Shown: piece by piece, positions 49,133 through 57,262 of the stretch
Numbering within the stretch: position 1 is the stretch's first letter
Layout: each line of letters begins with the position of its first letter
DNA from: an uncultured Methanosarcinales archaeon
Lineage (GTDB): Archaea; Nanobdellota; Nanobdellia; Woesearchaeales; 21-14-0-10-32-9
DNA: 64,000 nt
Assembly: GCA_964501945.1 (NCBI GenBank)
Contig: CAZCTY010000001.1
Coordinates: 49,187-113,186, forward strand
Direction of reading: 5' to 3'
The notes under the pieces: model-generated
The model's input: the letters and a program-made list of their open reading frames with translations, nothing else
The model's database searches: none
What the model was told of the DNA's origin: nothing
Position numbers and translations under genes: made by a program

Positions 49133-49843
49133 ATGTTTGAGCCAAAAACTGTTTTTAAAAAAAACTTTCTTATATTAATTTTTATAATTCTATTAATGGT
49201 CCAAGTTCAAGCAAACGAATTATACGCAGATATAGAAATAAGACTAAATCAGAGAGGGGATGCAATAATTACAGGTGTGACAAATCACCCAACGCTTATA
49301 GGAACCTATAAAGACATGACTTCAAAACAAGAACAATACTGGCTTTTTAACTTAACAAAAGAAAATTTCACTAGCGCACTTTTTCGCATAGATTTCCCTG
49401 AAGATGTTATCATAACATATATAAGAAGCACAGCACGAATAAATATTGGAGCTGATGACGCGCCTTTTATTAAAGGAACATTAAGAAATAAACCACTAGA
49501 AATAATAGTACAATACTATTTTGACGAACCTTCTGAAGTGAGAACAAACTATTTACAAATAATAATCAGCACTATACTTATATTATTAGGAATATATATA
49601 ATGTTTTTTCATAAAAAGAAAAAAGAGAGTATAAAAGAAGAAAAGGGTCTAAGCGAGAGACAAAAAAAAATTATAGAACTTCTGGGAAAAAAAGACGGCG
49701 TAACACAAAAATACATAGAAGAAAAATTAAACTTGCCAAAATCATCAATTTCAAGAAACATATCAACACTTGAGAGAAAAGGCATAATAAAAAAAATAAC
49801 AAAAGGATTTAGCAACACAATATATTTGAATAAAAACAAATAA
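49133..49843 (+). CDS. Membrane-anchored winged-HTH regulator (COG2512-like)
   Basis: Signal peptide, extracellular beta domain, TM, then LSERQKKII...VTQ...LPKSSISRNISTLERKGII. Confidence 0.82.
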   Translation: MFEPKTVFKKNFLILIFIILLMVQVQANELYADIEIRLNQRGDAIITGVTNHPTLIGTYKDMTSKQEQYWLFNLTKENFTSALFRIDFPEDVIITYIRSTARINIGADDAPFIKGTLRNKPLEIIVQYYFDEPSEVRTNYLQIIISTILILLGIYIMFFHKKKKESIKEEKGLSERQKKIIELLGKKDGVTQKYIEEKLNLPKSSISRNISTLERKGIIKKITKGFSNTIYLNKNK

Positions 49844-49850
49844 ACGAGGA

Positions 49851-49911
49851 GTTCCACCTACTTACTAGTTGTTCCGCTAAGTTCCGGGCAAAAACTATAT
49901 GCTGTTCCACC
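49851..49911 (+). promoter_or_regulatory. Phased GTTCC direct repeats
   Basis: GTTCC at 49851, 49871, 49881, 49904 around a weak TATA-like CTATATG. Confidence 0.62.
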
Positions 49912-49956
49912 TTACTAATATTGTCAAACCCCAAAAAGGGATGCGAGGTGAAAAAA

Positions 49957-50838
49957 ATGAGAAATATAACAAAAACATTTCTTGTGGCTTTTACTTTGTT
50001 ATTAGCTTTGCCATTAACCATGGCACAAGCAGATATAACAAATGAAGTCGGACAAGAAACTAATGCACGCGAGGTAATGCCTTTTGAAACAATTCATGGC
50101 GCAGAAATGAGATTGCTACAATTAGAGAGAGCAATACACAGAAATATATTAAACGGCGAAACAATAATTGAAAGCCTTGATGCAGAATTAGAAAATGAAA
50201 CAATTATAGAATTAGAAGCAATTCTTCAAAGCATGATTGACTTAAAAGAAGAAGTATCTGCATACGAAGTAGGCACAGAAGACGATGTTGAAAATTTTGT
50301 GAGCTTTAGACAAGAAGCATCAGCCCTAACAAAAGAATTTAGAGACACAGTGAGAGAAACCGTTGATGAGGAAAGAGCACAAGAAATTAGAACCGCTGCA
50401 AATGAGCGAGCAAGAGATGCCATAGCGGAGTACCAAGAAAACATAAATGAGCGCGCTAGGGCACACAACGAAGAAATAACACAGAGAAGAATAGAAGTTC
50501 AAGGAATTATTAGCGAAGACTTACTTGAGAAAATAAGAACTGGAGAAATAGAACCTCAACAAATAAGAGAAGAAGTACTGAATCTAGTTAGAGAAAACCT
50601 AGGAGAACAAGCTAGTGACGCAATAGAAAACATGCGCGAGGATGCACTCAGGCAAGAGATAACTGCTAGAGAAAACATAAATAGAATAAGAGAAGAAGTC
50701 CTAGAAAATAATACGGCGCGAGCAAAAGAGAGAATCCAAGAAGTAAGAGATAGACTGCCTGATGATTTAGAACAAAACATTAGCGAGAGAATAAAAGATT
50801 TAAATGAGAGAATACAAAATAGAGGAGGGATAAGATGA
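49957..50838 (+). CDS. Secreted alpha-helical E/R-rich protein
   Basis: ATG at 49957 after GAGGTG RBS; signal peptide. Confidence 0.75.
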   Translation: MRNITKTFLVAFTLLLALPLTMAQADITNEVGQETNAREVMPFETIHGAEMRLLQLERAIHRNILNGETIIESLDAELENETIIELEAILQSMIDLKEEVSAYEVGTEDDVENFVSFRQEASALTKEFRDTVRETVDEERAQEIRTAANERARDAIAEYQENINERARAHNEEITQRRIEVQGIISEDLLEKIRTGEIEPQQIREEVLNLVRENLGEQASDAIENMREDALRQEITARENINRIREEVLENNTARAKERIQEVRDRLPDDLEQNISERIKDLNERIQNRGGIR

Positions 50839-51026
50839 AATACTTAATAGCAATATTGCTGATTTCAGTTTTGGCAATTACAGCCTGCGCGCCTGAAGAT
50901 GTAGACATACCACCTGAAGACCCTATAATAGATGATGAAGATGATGCAGATGATGAAGCACAAGAAGACATCTTATCAGACTTAGTAGACGAAGATGAAG
51001 ATATAGAAATCGGCGAGATGATATAG
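50835..51026 (+). CDS. Small acidic lipoprotein-like protein
   Basis: Lipobox-like ITAC; D/E-rich; GGAGG RBS; ATGA overlap. Confidence 0.72.
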   Translation: MKYLIAILLISVLAITACAPEDVDIPPEDPIIDDEDDADDEAQEDILSDLVDEDEDIEIGEMI

Positions 51027-51029
51027 ACT

Positions 51030-52250
51030 TCAAAACTTTTTTCTTTTTTTCTTTTTTTCTTTTCTCAAAATCAAAAAAACCAACAAGAAAAATATAACAA
51101 CTAAAACAGAAAAGAACCAAACAATGAAATCAACACTCCCAGCTACACTACCTTCTTCATCAAAGTTAACATTAATAATAGTACCCCTCTCATAAGAAAC
51201 CCTGTTATTAAAATGAACCCTACCAGAAACCCTGTACTGACCAGAATCATCAGGCGAGAAAAACGAATCCAACTCAACCTCCGAGTCAGGAGGAACATTA
51301 ATAACATCAGATTCTACGATCTCAATAACCCTATCATCTTTTGTTACAGTTCCTTTAAACTGAGCACTCACAGTTCTAGAACCTTCGTTTTTAAAAGTAG
51401 CAATAATCGGAACAATTTCACCAACAGAAGCCCACGTTTTAGCACTAACTTTTTCTAAAACCCCTGTATCACTAATACCACCACGCTCTAAAACACTAAA
51501 TGTAATCATAGACCTAGAACCACAAACGGGCTCAGAAACCTCGGCCCAATACTGACCAGGATCTAAATCAAGATTAAAAGAACCCTCAATTAAAGAAGTC
51601 CTAGTAGGAATTATATCTTCGTTATGGCTATAAGTATATTCTTTGACTACCTCATCTTGCATTTGAGAAAACACTTTAACATCAAAAGCAGGAGAATACC
51701 TAACATTACCAGTATTTCTAACCCTCGCAGAGATAACATTTTCCTCATCAATTTCAACATCACTAATATCTAAACCACCAGCAGTACAAGAAACAATTTG
51801 AGTATCAGTAATATTGATGAGAACATCAACCTCAAATGCAACAACGACATTAGAACCCATAGCAGAACTAACATTACCAAGTGCGCCAGTACTAATAAAA
51901 ACAGTGCCCTCATAAGAATCAACACGAGCATCACTAGGAGGCTCAACCATCACCGAAATAACACCAGGATCACCTTCACTCACAAAAAAACTACCCTCGG
52001 ATGGCTCAAAACTAATCCAATCAGCAATCTCACCACGCGCCTCAAAGAAAACAAAGACATCATCAGGACGACCAATACTAACAATAATTTCTTCTTCAGC
52101 AAAACCCCCTCTTAAAACATTATCAAACGTAACAGATGCACGATTAACACCAAGAATAGCAGCATCAACAAAAGATGCACTAAATAAAATAAAAACTAGA
52201 ACAATAAATACAAAAACCAAATTAGCAAACACTTTTTTATTCATCATCAC
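51030..52250 (-). CDS. Three-Ig-domain surface protein with C-terminal TM and basic tail (chaperone/anchor candidate)
   Basis: Signal peptide; LGVNRASVTF start; NTGNV and NEGS motifs; TM followed by KKKKRKK. Confidence 0.72.
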   Translation of the reverse strand: MMMNKKVFANLVFVFIVLVFILFSASFVDAAILGVNRASVTFDNVLRGGFAEEEIIVSIGRPDDVFVFFEARGEIADWISFEPSEGSFFVSEGDPGVISVMVEPPSDARVDSYEGTVFISTGALGNVSSAMGSNVVVAFEVDVLINITDTQIVSCTAGGLDISDVEIDEENVISARVRNTGNVRYSPAFDVKVFSQMQDEVVKEYTYSHNEDIIPTRTSLIEGSFNLDLDPGQYWAEVSEPVCGSRSMITFSVLERGGISDTGVLEKVSAKTWASVGEIVPIIATFKNEGSRTVSAQFKGTVTKDDRVIEIVESDVINVPPDSEVELDSFFSPDDSGQYRVSGRVHFNNRVSYERGTIINVNFDEEGSVAGSVDFIVWFFSVLVVIFFLLVFLILRKEKKKKRKKF

Positions 52251-52287
52251 ACAAAAACAAACAAGCTTTTTTTAAATCTTCCTGAAA

Positions 52288-52359
52288 TTACAAGCCAAGA
52301 GAAAAATCTAACAAAATATCTTGACTAATATTCTCAACGTCTTTTACATAATCTTTCAT
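52288..52359 (-). CDS. Putative 23-aa peptide (not in ORF track)
   Basis: ATG preceded by GGGAGG (52369-52374); MKDYVKDVENISQDILLDFSLGL. Confidence 0.45.
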   Translation of the reverse strand: MKDYVKDVENISQDILLDFSLGL

Positions 52360-52391
52360 AATATCAAACCTCCCACAAAAAAATATAATAT

Positions 52392-53267
52392 TTAAGGAAC
52401 TGTAGCAGTAAACCTCAAAGTACCAACACACTCCCCGAAAGGATTAGGCGGCACGAATAACCTCCAATAAAGTGACGATTCAACAGGTGAGGTAGCATCA
52501 GTAGGCTGCAAAAGAGTAATACCAACATCCTGATAATCAGAACTCAACGCAGTTTTTTCCTCCCACAAATTGTCAGTGTCTAAAGAAAAACGCTGATTTT
52601 CAACAGTTATGTTAGAACCCTCATCACAAACCAAACCTAAACCATCACCTTCCTCAACGCCATAACCTAAGACACTAACATTAATATCAACATTACCAAA
52701 ATTAGTAATGGACGATAAAACATCAGGACTGTAATCTAAAACAGATAAGTCTCCATAATCAATAGTATCAGTAACATTGAGAGCATATAATTCATTTATA
52801 GTCGTCTCATTTTCCAAAGAGTCAACAAAACCAAAAGAATCCTCAGCACTCACATTACAAACCCAATCACCATTATTAGCATAATGCAAAACCTCAAATG
52901 TACATGAAGAATAAGCTATGTACTCCCCATCATTATCATAAATCTCACAACTACTATTAGTATAATGAAGATTACCATCATCAACGTCACCACTAAAACT
53001 GTCAGGCTCATAAAAGAAAGTTCCATTAACAGCAATTACATCTTCCCAACCATTCCAATCACGAATAGATGCATTACAATAAACAGTCTTCACGCCTCCA
53101 GCATTAAGAGTTATGTCCTCATCAACAATAACTTCTAAAATCTCAGGCACCGCATTAGTAATGTTTGCCCTCGTGATAACATCAACGTCTTCATAATTAT
53201 AAGCGCTAACGCTACTTATAAGAAGCACTAAGCTAAACACTGCAAACGTTAATATATTAAATTTCAT
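52392..53267 (-). CDS. Secreted subunit type C, copy 2
   Basis: Close paralog of 10441..11340; ends YWRLFVPPNPFGECVGTLRFTA. Confidence 0.8.
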   Translation of the reverse strand: MKFNILTFAVFSLVLLISSVSAYNYEDVDVITRANITNAVPEILEVIVDEDITLNAGGVKTVYCNASIRDWNGWEDVIAVNGTFFYEPDSFSGDVDDGNLHYTNSSCEIYDNDGEYIAYSSCTFEVLHYANNGDWVCNVSAEDSFGFVDSLENETTINELYALNVTDTIDYGDLSVLDYSPDVLSSITNFGNVDINVSVLGYGVEEGDGLGLVCDEGSNITVENQRFSLDTDNLWEEKTALSSDYQDVGITLLQPTDATSPVESSLYWRLFVPPNPFGECVGTLRFTATVP

Positions 53268-53269
53268 AA

Positions 53270-53980
53270 TTATCCGCCCAACTCCACATAAAAGTAATAA
53301 GTCGTTGTATCTTCAGGATTGTTAGCCATAATTAACTGAAAATCAAATAAAGACCCGCCATCATAACCAACAGTTGAAGGATTAATAGGCGTTACATAAA
53401 TCAAGTCAGTAGGATCTTCTAATAATACAATAGGAAAATCCGAACCACTCTGATCTTGCCTAGCACTATCAACGAAGGTACTAGTCGCAGGACAATTATC
53501 CTGATCAGCCAAACCAACAGTTATAGTAGGGTGAACAGTTTCATTGAAAGTATTGGAAATACTATCAGCAGAAGCACTACTTATCGAGAGAAAAGACTCT
53601 TCTGAGGAAATAGTCGCACCAGCTGCACAATCAATATCTCCCCAATCAATGCTATCACTCCTACTCGAATAAATCTCACCGCTAATACTTGCTTGATCAA
53701 GAGCCCAATTAAAGATAGTATTGCCATCACCATCATCAAGAGTTAAACTACCTGTGATGTTCCCTACGTAGGCTTTCCACCTAGGGTTTTGCTGAAGAGC
53801 ATCAACAACTAAAGTAGTAATAGTACCTCCATCGTCAGTCCTACTATCAGGCGGACTTTCTTCAACCAAGTCAGTAACAATGTGGGTGACATCTGTTCCA
53901 GTCGGCTGAGCTAAGACGAAGGAGGAAACAATTAATACGAACCCTACAAACAAAGCCAAAAAACTCAAATTCTTAATCAT
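53270..53980 (-). CDS. Secreted pilin-like subunit type B, copy 2
   Basis: A-QPTG; PDSRTDDGGTI; QQNPRWKAYVGN; ends YYFYVELGG. Confidence 0.8.
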   Translation of the reverse strand: MIKNLSFLALFVGFVLIVSSFVLAQPTGTDVTHIVTDLVEESPPDSRTDDGGTITTLVVDALQQNPRWKAYVGNITGSLTLDDGDGNTIFNWALDQASISGEIYSSRSDSIDWGDIDCAAGATISSEESFLSISSASADSISNTFNETVHPTITVGLADQDNCPATSTFVDSARQDQSGSDFPIVLLEDPTDLIYVTPINPSTVGYDGGSLFDFQLIMANNPEDTTTYYFYVELGG

Positions 53981-54008
53981 TTTAATTCATTCCCTCCTAT
54001 GTATTGTC

Positions 54009-54713
54009 TTATTGCAACTCCAAGTAAAAGTAGTACGGAGTAGGATTTTCATCAGTACCGTCTTCACCAACAAGTAATTGGAAATGCCAAGGAAGACCAT
54101 CGAAACCAGCAGGACTAGTATCTTCTATTATGGTTGTGTAAACCATATCATCTCCTGCCTTTAACAAAACCTGCCAAAAAGCATTACCTTGCTCACCACT
54201 CGCATTATATGCTTGAGTCGTAGGACAACCAGTAATCGCTTGACCACCAACTTCAAAAGCAGGGTGATCTGTATTAGTAAAAGTATTATTAACACTATCA
54301 GGATCATCAGGCGATTGACCCAAAGCAGCCGCCTCATCAGATATATCAGTTACATCAGGACACAAAATAGTATCCCAACTCACAGCATCGTTCCTACTAG
54401 CATAAACCTGACCTGTAGGTACAGAAACATTCCAGTCATAAAAATTATTACCACTAGAATCTGCAAGGACAATTTCCCCTGTTATGTTACCATAGAAACC
54501 TTGCCAATGCCTAGTTACAGACAAACCATGCAAGGACAATTCAGTCACATTACCTGCCTGCGCATCAACTTCTTGCGGCGCGATTTCTTCTTCAAACCTC
54601 GAACTCTCTATTACGTCTGCTGTCTCAGCACCCAAAGGCTGCGCTGCTACAAAACTTACCATTAGTAGCAAAGAGAGAGCAAACACTCCCAAAAAATATG
54701 TTCTCCCCTTCAT
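54009..54713 (-). CDS. Secreted pilin-like subunit type A, copy 2
   Basis: ATG at 54713 with GGAGG RBS; A-QPLGA; AGNVTEL...WQGFYGNITG...FYDW; ends YYFYLELQ. Confidence 0.8.
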   Translation of the reverse strand: MKGRTYFLGVFALSLLLMVSFVAAQPLGAETADVIESSRFEEEIAPQEVDAQAGNVTELSLHGLSVTRHWQGFYGNITGEIVLADSSGNNFYDWNVSVPTGQVYASRNDAVSWDTILCPDVTDISDEAAALGQSPDDPDSVNNTFTNTDHPAFEVGGQAITGCPTTQAYNASGEQGNAFWQVLLKAGDDMVYTTIIEDTSPAGFDGLPWHFQLLVGEDGTDENPTPYYFYLELQ

Positions 54714-54749
54714 TTTCTTTTTTTCCTCCAAATCTTTTTTAACTTTATT

Positions 54750-55322
54750 TTAAGTTATCATCCTCTTACTAATTTTATGAGGATCGTAAATAGGATAGTA
54801 GCTTTCTTGAGATGCCTCAACATCACCAACAGTGATTTCTTCAACACCCAAACCATCAACTAATTTTTTTGAAACATTATCCTTGAAAATTATTTTAACA
54901 CTTGATTTAGGAGATTCTTCAACAAAAATCCCAGCTATTTGATCGATGCTTTCTTTTAACGCGAAGTACGTTTTTTCTATTTCCTCGTGCTTGTTACTGT
55001 ATGGATAGAGCCAAATTTTAATCAAAGCTTTTTTGTGCTCGTCAATACTGATCATTTTTTTCTCAACGAAACCATCAGCTGTTACAATTAAGTAAGCATT
55101 ATCTTTCGCGATGCTATAAACAACTCTTGGCTGGCCCTTGTCACGATTACTTATTCTCTCACTTTTTACGATGTTTGCAAGCTCGAGGAATCTTAATGAT
55201 TGGCTGATGTTTGACATTGAAGTATTTGCAAGCTTTGCCAATTCTAAAGGTGATTTTTTTTCTCGAGCTAACGCTTTCAAAATGTTCCATTTTGCGCTTG
55301 TAAAAAGTGTCTCTTGATCCAT
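54750..55322 (-). CDS. ArsR/TrmB-like winged-HTH transcriptional regulator
   Basis: ATG at 55322; KWNILKAL...SPLELAK...TSMSNISQSLRFLELANIV...GQPRVVYS. Confidence 0.82.
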   Translation of the reverse strand: MDQETLFTSAKWNILKALAREKKSPLELAKLANTSMSNISQSLRFLELANIVKSERISNRDKGQPRVVYSIAKDNAYLIVTADGFVEKKMISIDEHKKALIKIWLYPYSNKHEEIEKTYFALKESIDQIAGIFVEESPKSSVKIIFKDNVSKKLVDGLGVEEITVGDVEASQESYYPIYDPHKISKRMIT

Positions 55323-55407
55323 TTTTGCTCTTTTTTCTCTCCTAAACAAACACAAAAATGCGTCTTTTAAGCCACGTATATACAAAATCGTTGCTTGTGG
55401 CTTTTAG

Positions 55408-55465
55408 TATACATTTTTGTATTCTGATTTAATCAATGTGATAGCTCATATTTAAATGTTTCGTT
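55408..55465 (-). promoter_or_regulatory. Promoter (CGAAA + TTTAAATA) with downstream TATACA-N4-TGTATT site
   Basis: Same palindrome family as 12989-13004, followed by CTGAT in both. Confidence 0.58.
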
Positions 55466-55500
55466 TTTTACAATAAAATTTAATTTGTAGAAGTTGAAAA

Positions 55501-55593
55501 TAAACAAAAATAAAGTTATTACACTAATTAAGTTATTTATGAATTAGTTATTTTTAAAGCCTGAAAACTAAAAATTTTTGATAATTGCAGAAA
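55501..55593 (+). repeat. Left arm of ~90-bp inverted repeat
   Basis: 34-bp core 55516-55549 is the exact reverse complement of 57045-57078. Confidence 0.88.
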
Positions 55594-56349
55594 TCAATAA
55601 ATTTCTGCAAAGAAATAATAAGTTGTAGGATCGGCAGCAGTCGGATCTTCAGGAACAATTAATTGAAAATCATAAAACTGAGAATCATAACCAACTTGAG
55701 CTTGCTCTATTAACGATGCAAAAACCAAATTACTAGATCCATCTTCAAGCAAAATTTCCTGGAAACTAGACTCGACAGACGGCTCTTGCCTAGCATCATC
55801 AACGTAAGTTGCAATAGCTCTACAAGAACTTTCAACTATTTGAGTGGTTCCAACAAAGAAACTCCTATGAATTGTTTCGTTAAACGTTCTATTTATACTA
55901 TCAGCACTCTCATCATCAATATTCAAATTGAGTTGCTCACTTAATATGCTCTGCTCACTCGCACAATCTATGCTTGCCCAATCAATATCTTCATGACGTG
56001 TAACATAAACTTGACCTGAAACAGTGACTAAATCCCAATCATAAATAGATTGGCTGCTCGCATCTTGCAGAGCAAGTCTACCGGAGACGTTACCAACATA
56101 CGCTTTCCAACGAGGAGTTTGAAAAGTACCATTTAAAACAAGCGTAGTAAATGTTCCGCCAGCAGTAGTTAACTCGGCAGCAGGCTCAGGAGTAATAGTT
56201 TCAGTTTCGTTTAGTGATATATCTACACCGGCAGGCTGAGCACTAACACTGCTTGAAATATTTAAAGCCCCAAAAGAGCTTGTTATGAGTAAAACTAAGA
56301 GGAATACAATAACTAATTTCTCCATCCGCAAATTAGTCGCTTTACTCAT
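55594..56349 (-). CDS. Fifth pilin-like subunit (type B-like)
   Basis: SA-QPAG; AGGTFTTL; QTPRWKAYVGNVSG; ends YYFFAEIY. Confidence 0.8.
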   Translation of the reverse strand: MSKATNLRMEKLVIVFLLVLLITSSFGALNISSSVSAQPAGVDISLNETETITPEPAAELTTAGGTFTTLVLNGTFQTPRWKAYVGNVSGRLALQDASSQSIYDWDLVTVSGQVYVTRHEDIDWASIDCASEQSILSEQLNLNIDDESADSINRTFNETIHRSFFVGTTQIVESSCRAIATYVDDARQEPSVESSFQEILLEDGSSNLVFASLIEQAQVGYDSQFYDFQLIVPEDPTAADPTTYYFFAEIY

Positions 56350-56845
56350 TTTTTACACCTTTTTTATCGAGCTTTTTTTTGGCCCTGCTCAAAACAGTCC
56401 AAACAGTTTTCTCATTTTTTCCTAAAATTAAAGCAATTTTTTTAACACTAAATCCAAGATTTTTCAAATACAGAGAAACAGACTCTAAAACAGACAATTC
56501 TCTATTTTTTAGAACATCACTACTTATGCTGACGGTTGGGCAAGAATTGTTTTCCTTGAAGAAAATTTGCTTGGATTTGGCTTTGTTGTAAGTTACCCAA
56601 ACAGTTCTTTGATCTCGGTTAATTAAAGAACCTATCTTAGAGTATTGCATAGAATGTTGCTCTTTTAGATATTTTACAATCGCCTCTAAACCGCTAAGTC
56701 CTTGTCTGAAAATCTCGCAAGGAATACTTATTTTGATGCCTTCATCAATGTTTTGAAGGTTTTGATTGAAATTATTTTGCGAGATGGAGAGCTCCATTTT
56801 GCTTTCATAAGAATTTTTATCAATAGAGCTCTCTGTAAAAAACAT
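56342..56845 (-). CDS. Tandem sigma-70 region-4-like HTH protein
   Basis: Two repeats: LEAIVKYLKE...NRDQRTVWVTYNKA and LESVSLYLK...GKNEKTVWTVLSRA. Confidence 0.75.
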   Translation of the reverse strand: MFFTESSIDKNSYESKMELSISQNNFNQNLQNIDEGIKISIPCEIFRQGLSGLEAIVKYLKEQHSMQYSKIGSLINRDQRTVWVTYNKAKSKQIFFKENNSCPTVSISSDVLKNRELSVLESVSLYLKNLGFSVKKIALILGKNEKTVWTVLSRAKKKLDKKGVKNE

Positions 56846-56846
56846 A

Positions 56847-56944
56847 AATACTTATTATGTGGGGTTTATTTATAAATGTTTTGATGATGTTTTTAATAAA
56901 TGCTTATTATGTAAGATTAATTTTTTTATTAATACTTATTATGT
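56847..56944. repeat. Three 14-bp direct repeats AATRCTTATTATGT
   Basis: Copies start at 56847, 56899, 56931, around a TATA box at ~56867-56876. Confidence 0.75.
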
Positions 56945-57000
56945 AGGGTTGTTTTTTAGGGGTTTTTTAGTTTTTGGGGTTGTTGTTTTGGCGTTGTGTT

Positions 57001-57095
57001 TTTTTGCGATTGTTTATAATTTTGCTTTTTTAGGGCTTTAAATAAACTAATTCATAAATAACTTAATTAGTGTAATAAATTAAATTTATTGTTTA
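57001..57095 (-). repeat. Right arm of ~90-bp inverted repeat
   Basis: Reverse complement aligns with 55501-55593. Confidence 0.88.
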
Positions 57096-57262
57096 ATGAA
57101 GTATTGTGGTTTATGAAGTGTTGTGTTTTTTAAAATATTGTTTTTTTATAATTATTGTGGGATATGTAATTGTGAATTAGCGGTATTGTGGACGAGAAAA
57201 ACTAAAAAAAACAATTTATGCGTAGAAAAAACTAAAAAATAAGAATGAAAAACAACGAAAAA

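Noticed and set aside
10441..54713. Type IV pilus or archaellum locus
   Set aside because: Subunits have class I-type signal peptides; no PilB/ArlI ATPase, TadC/ArlJ or prepilin peptidase recognised
55323..55385. N-terminal extension of the wHTH regulator from a TTG start
   Set aside because: ATG 55322 starts the recognisable domain; the upstream region holds regulatory motifs and an AAGCCAC/GTGGCTT hairpin
56847..56944. Possible mini-CRISPR array
   Set aside because: Repeats are only 14 bp with unequal spacing, and no cas genes are present
56859..57041. 60-aa hydrophobic plus-strand ORF
   Set aside because: Runs through promoter repeats and the inverted-repeat arm in T-rich intergenic DNA; no RBS
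55501..57095. IS element or transposon
   Set aside because: No transposase between the inverted repeats and no evident target-site duplication; kept as an unexplained inverted repeat
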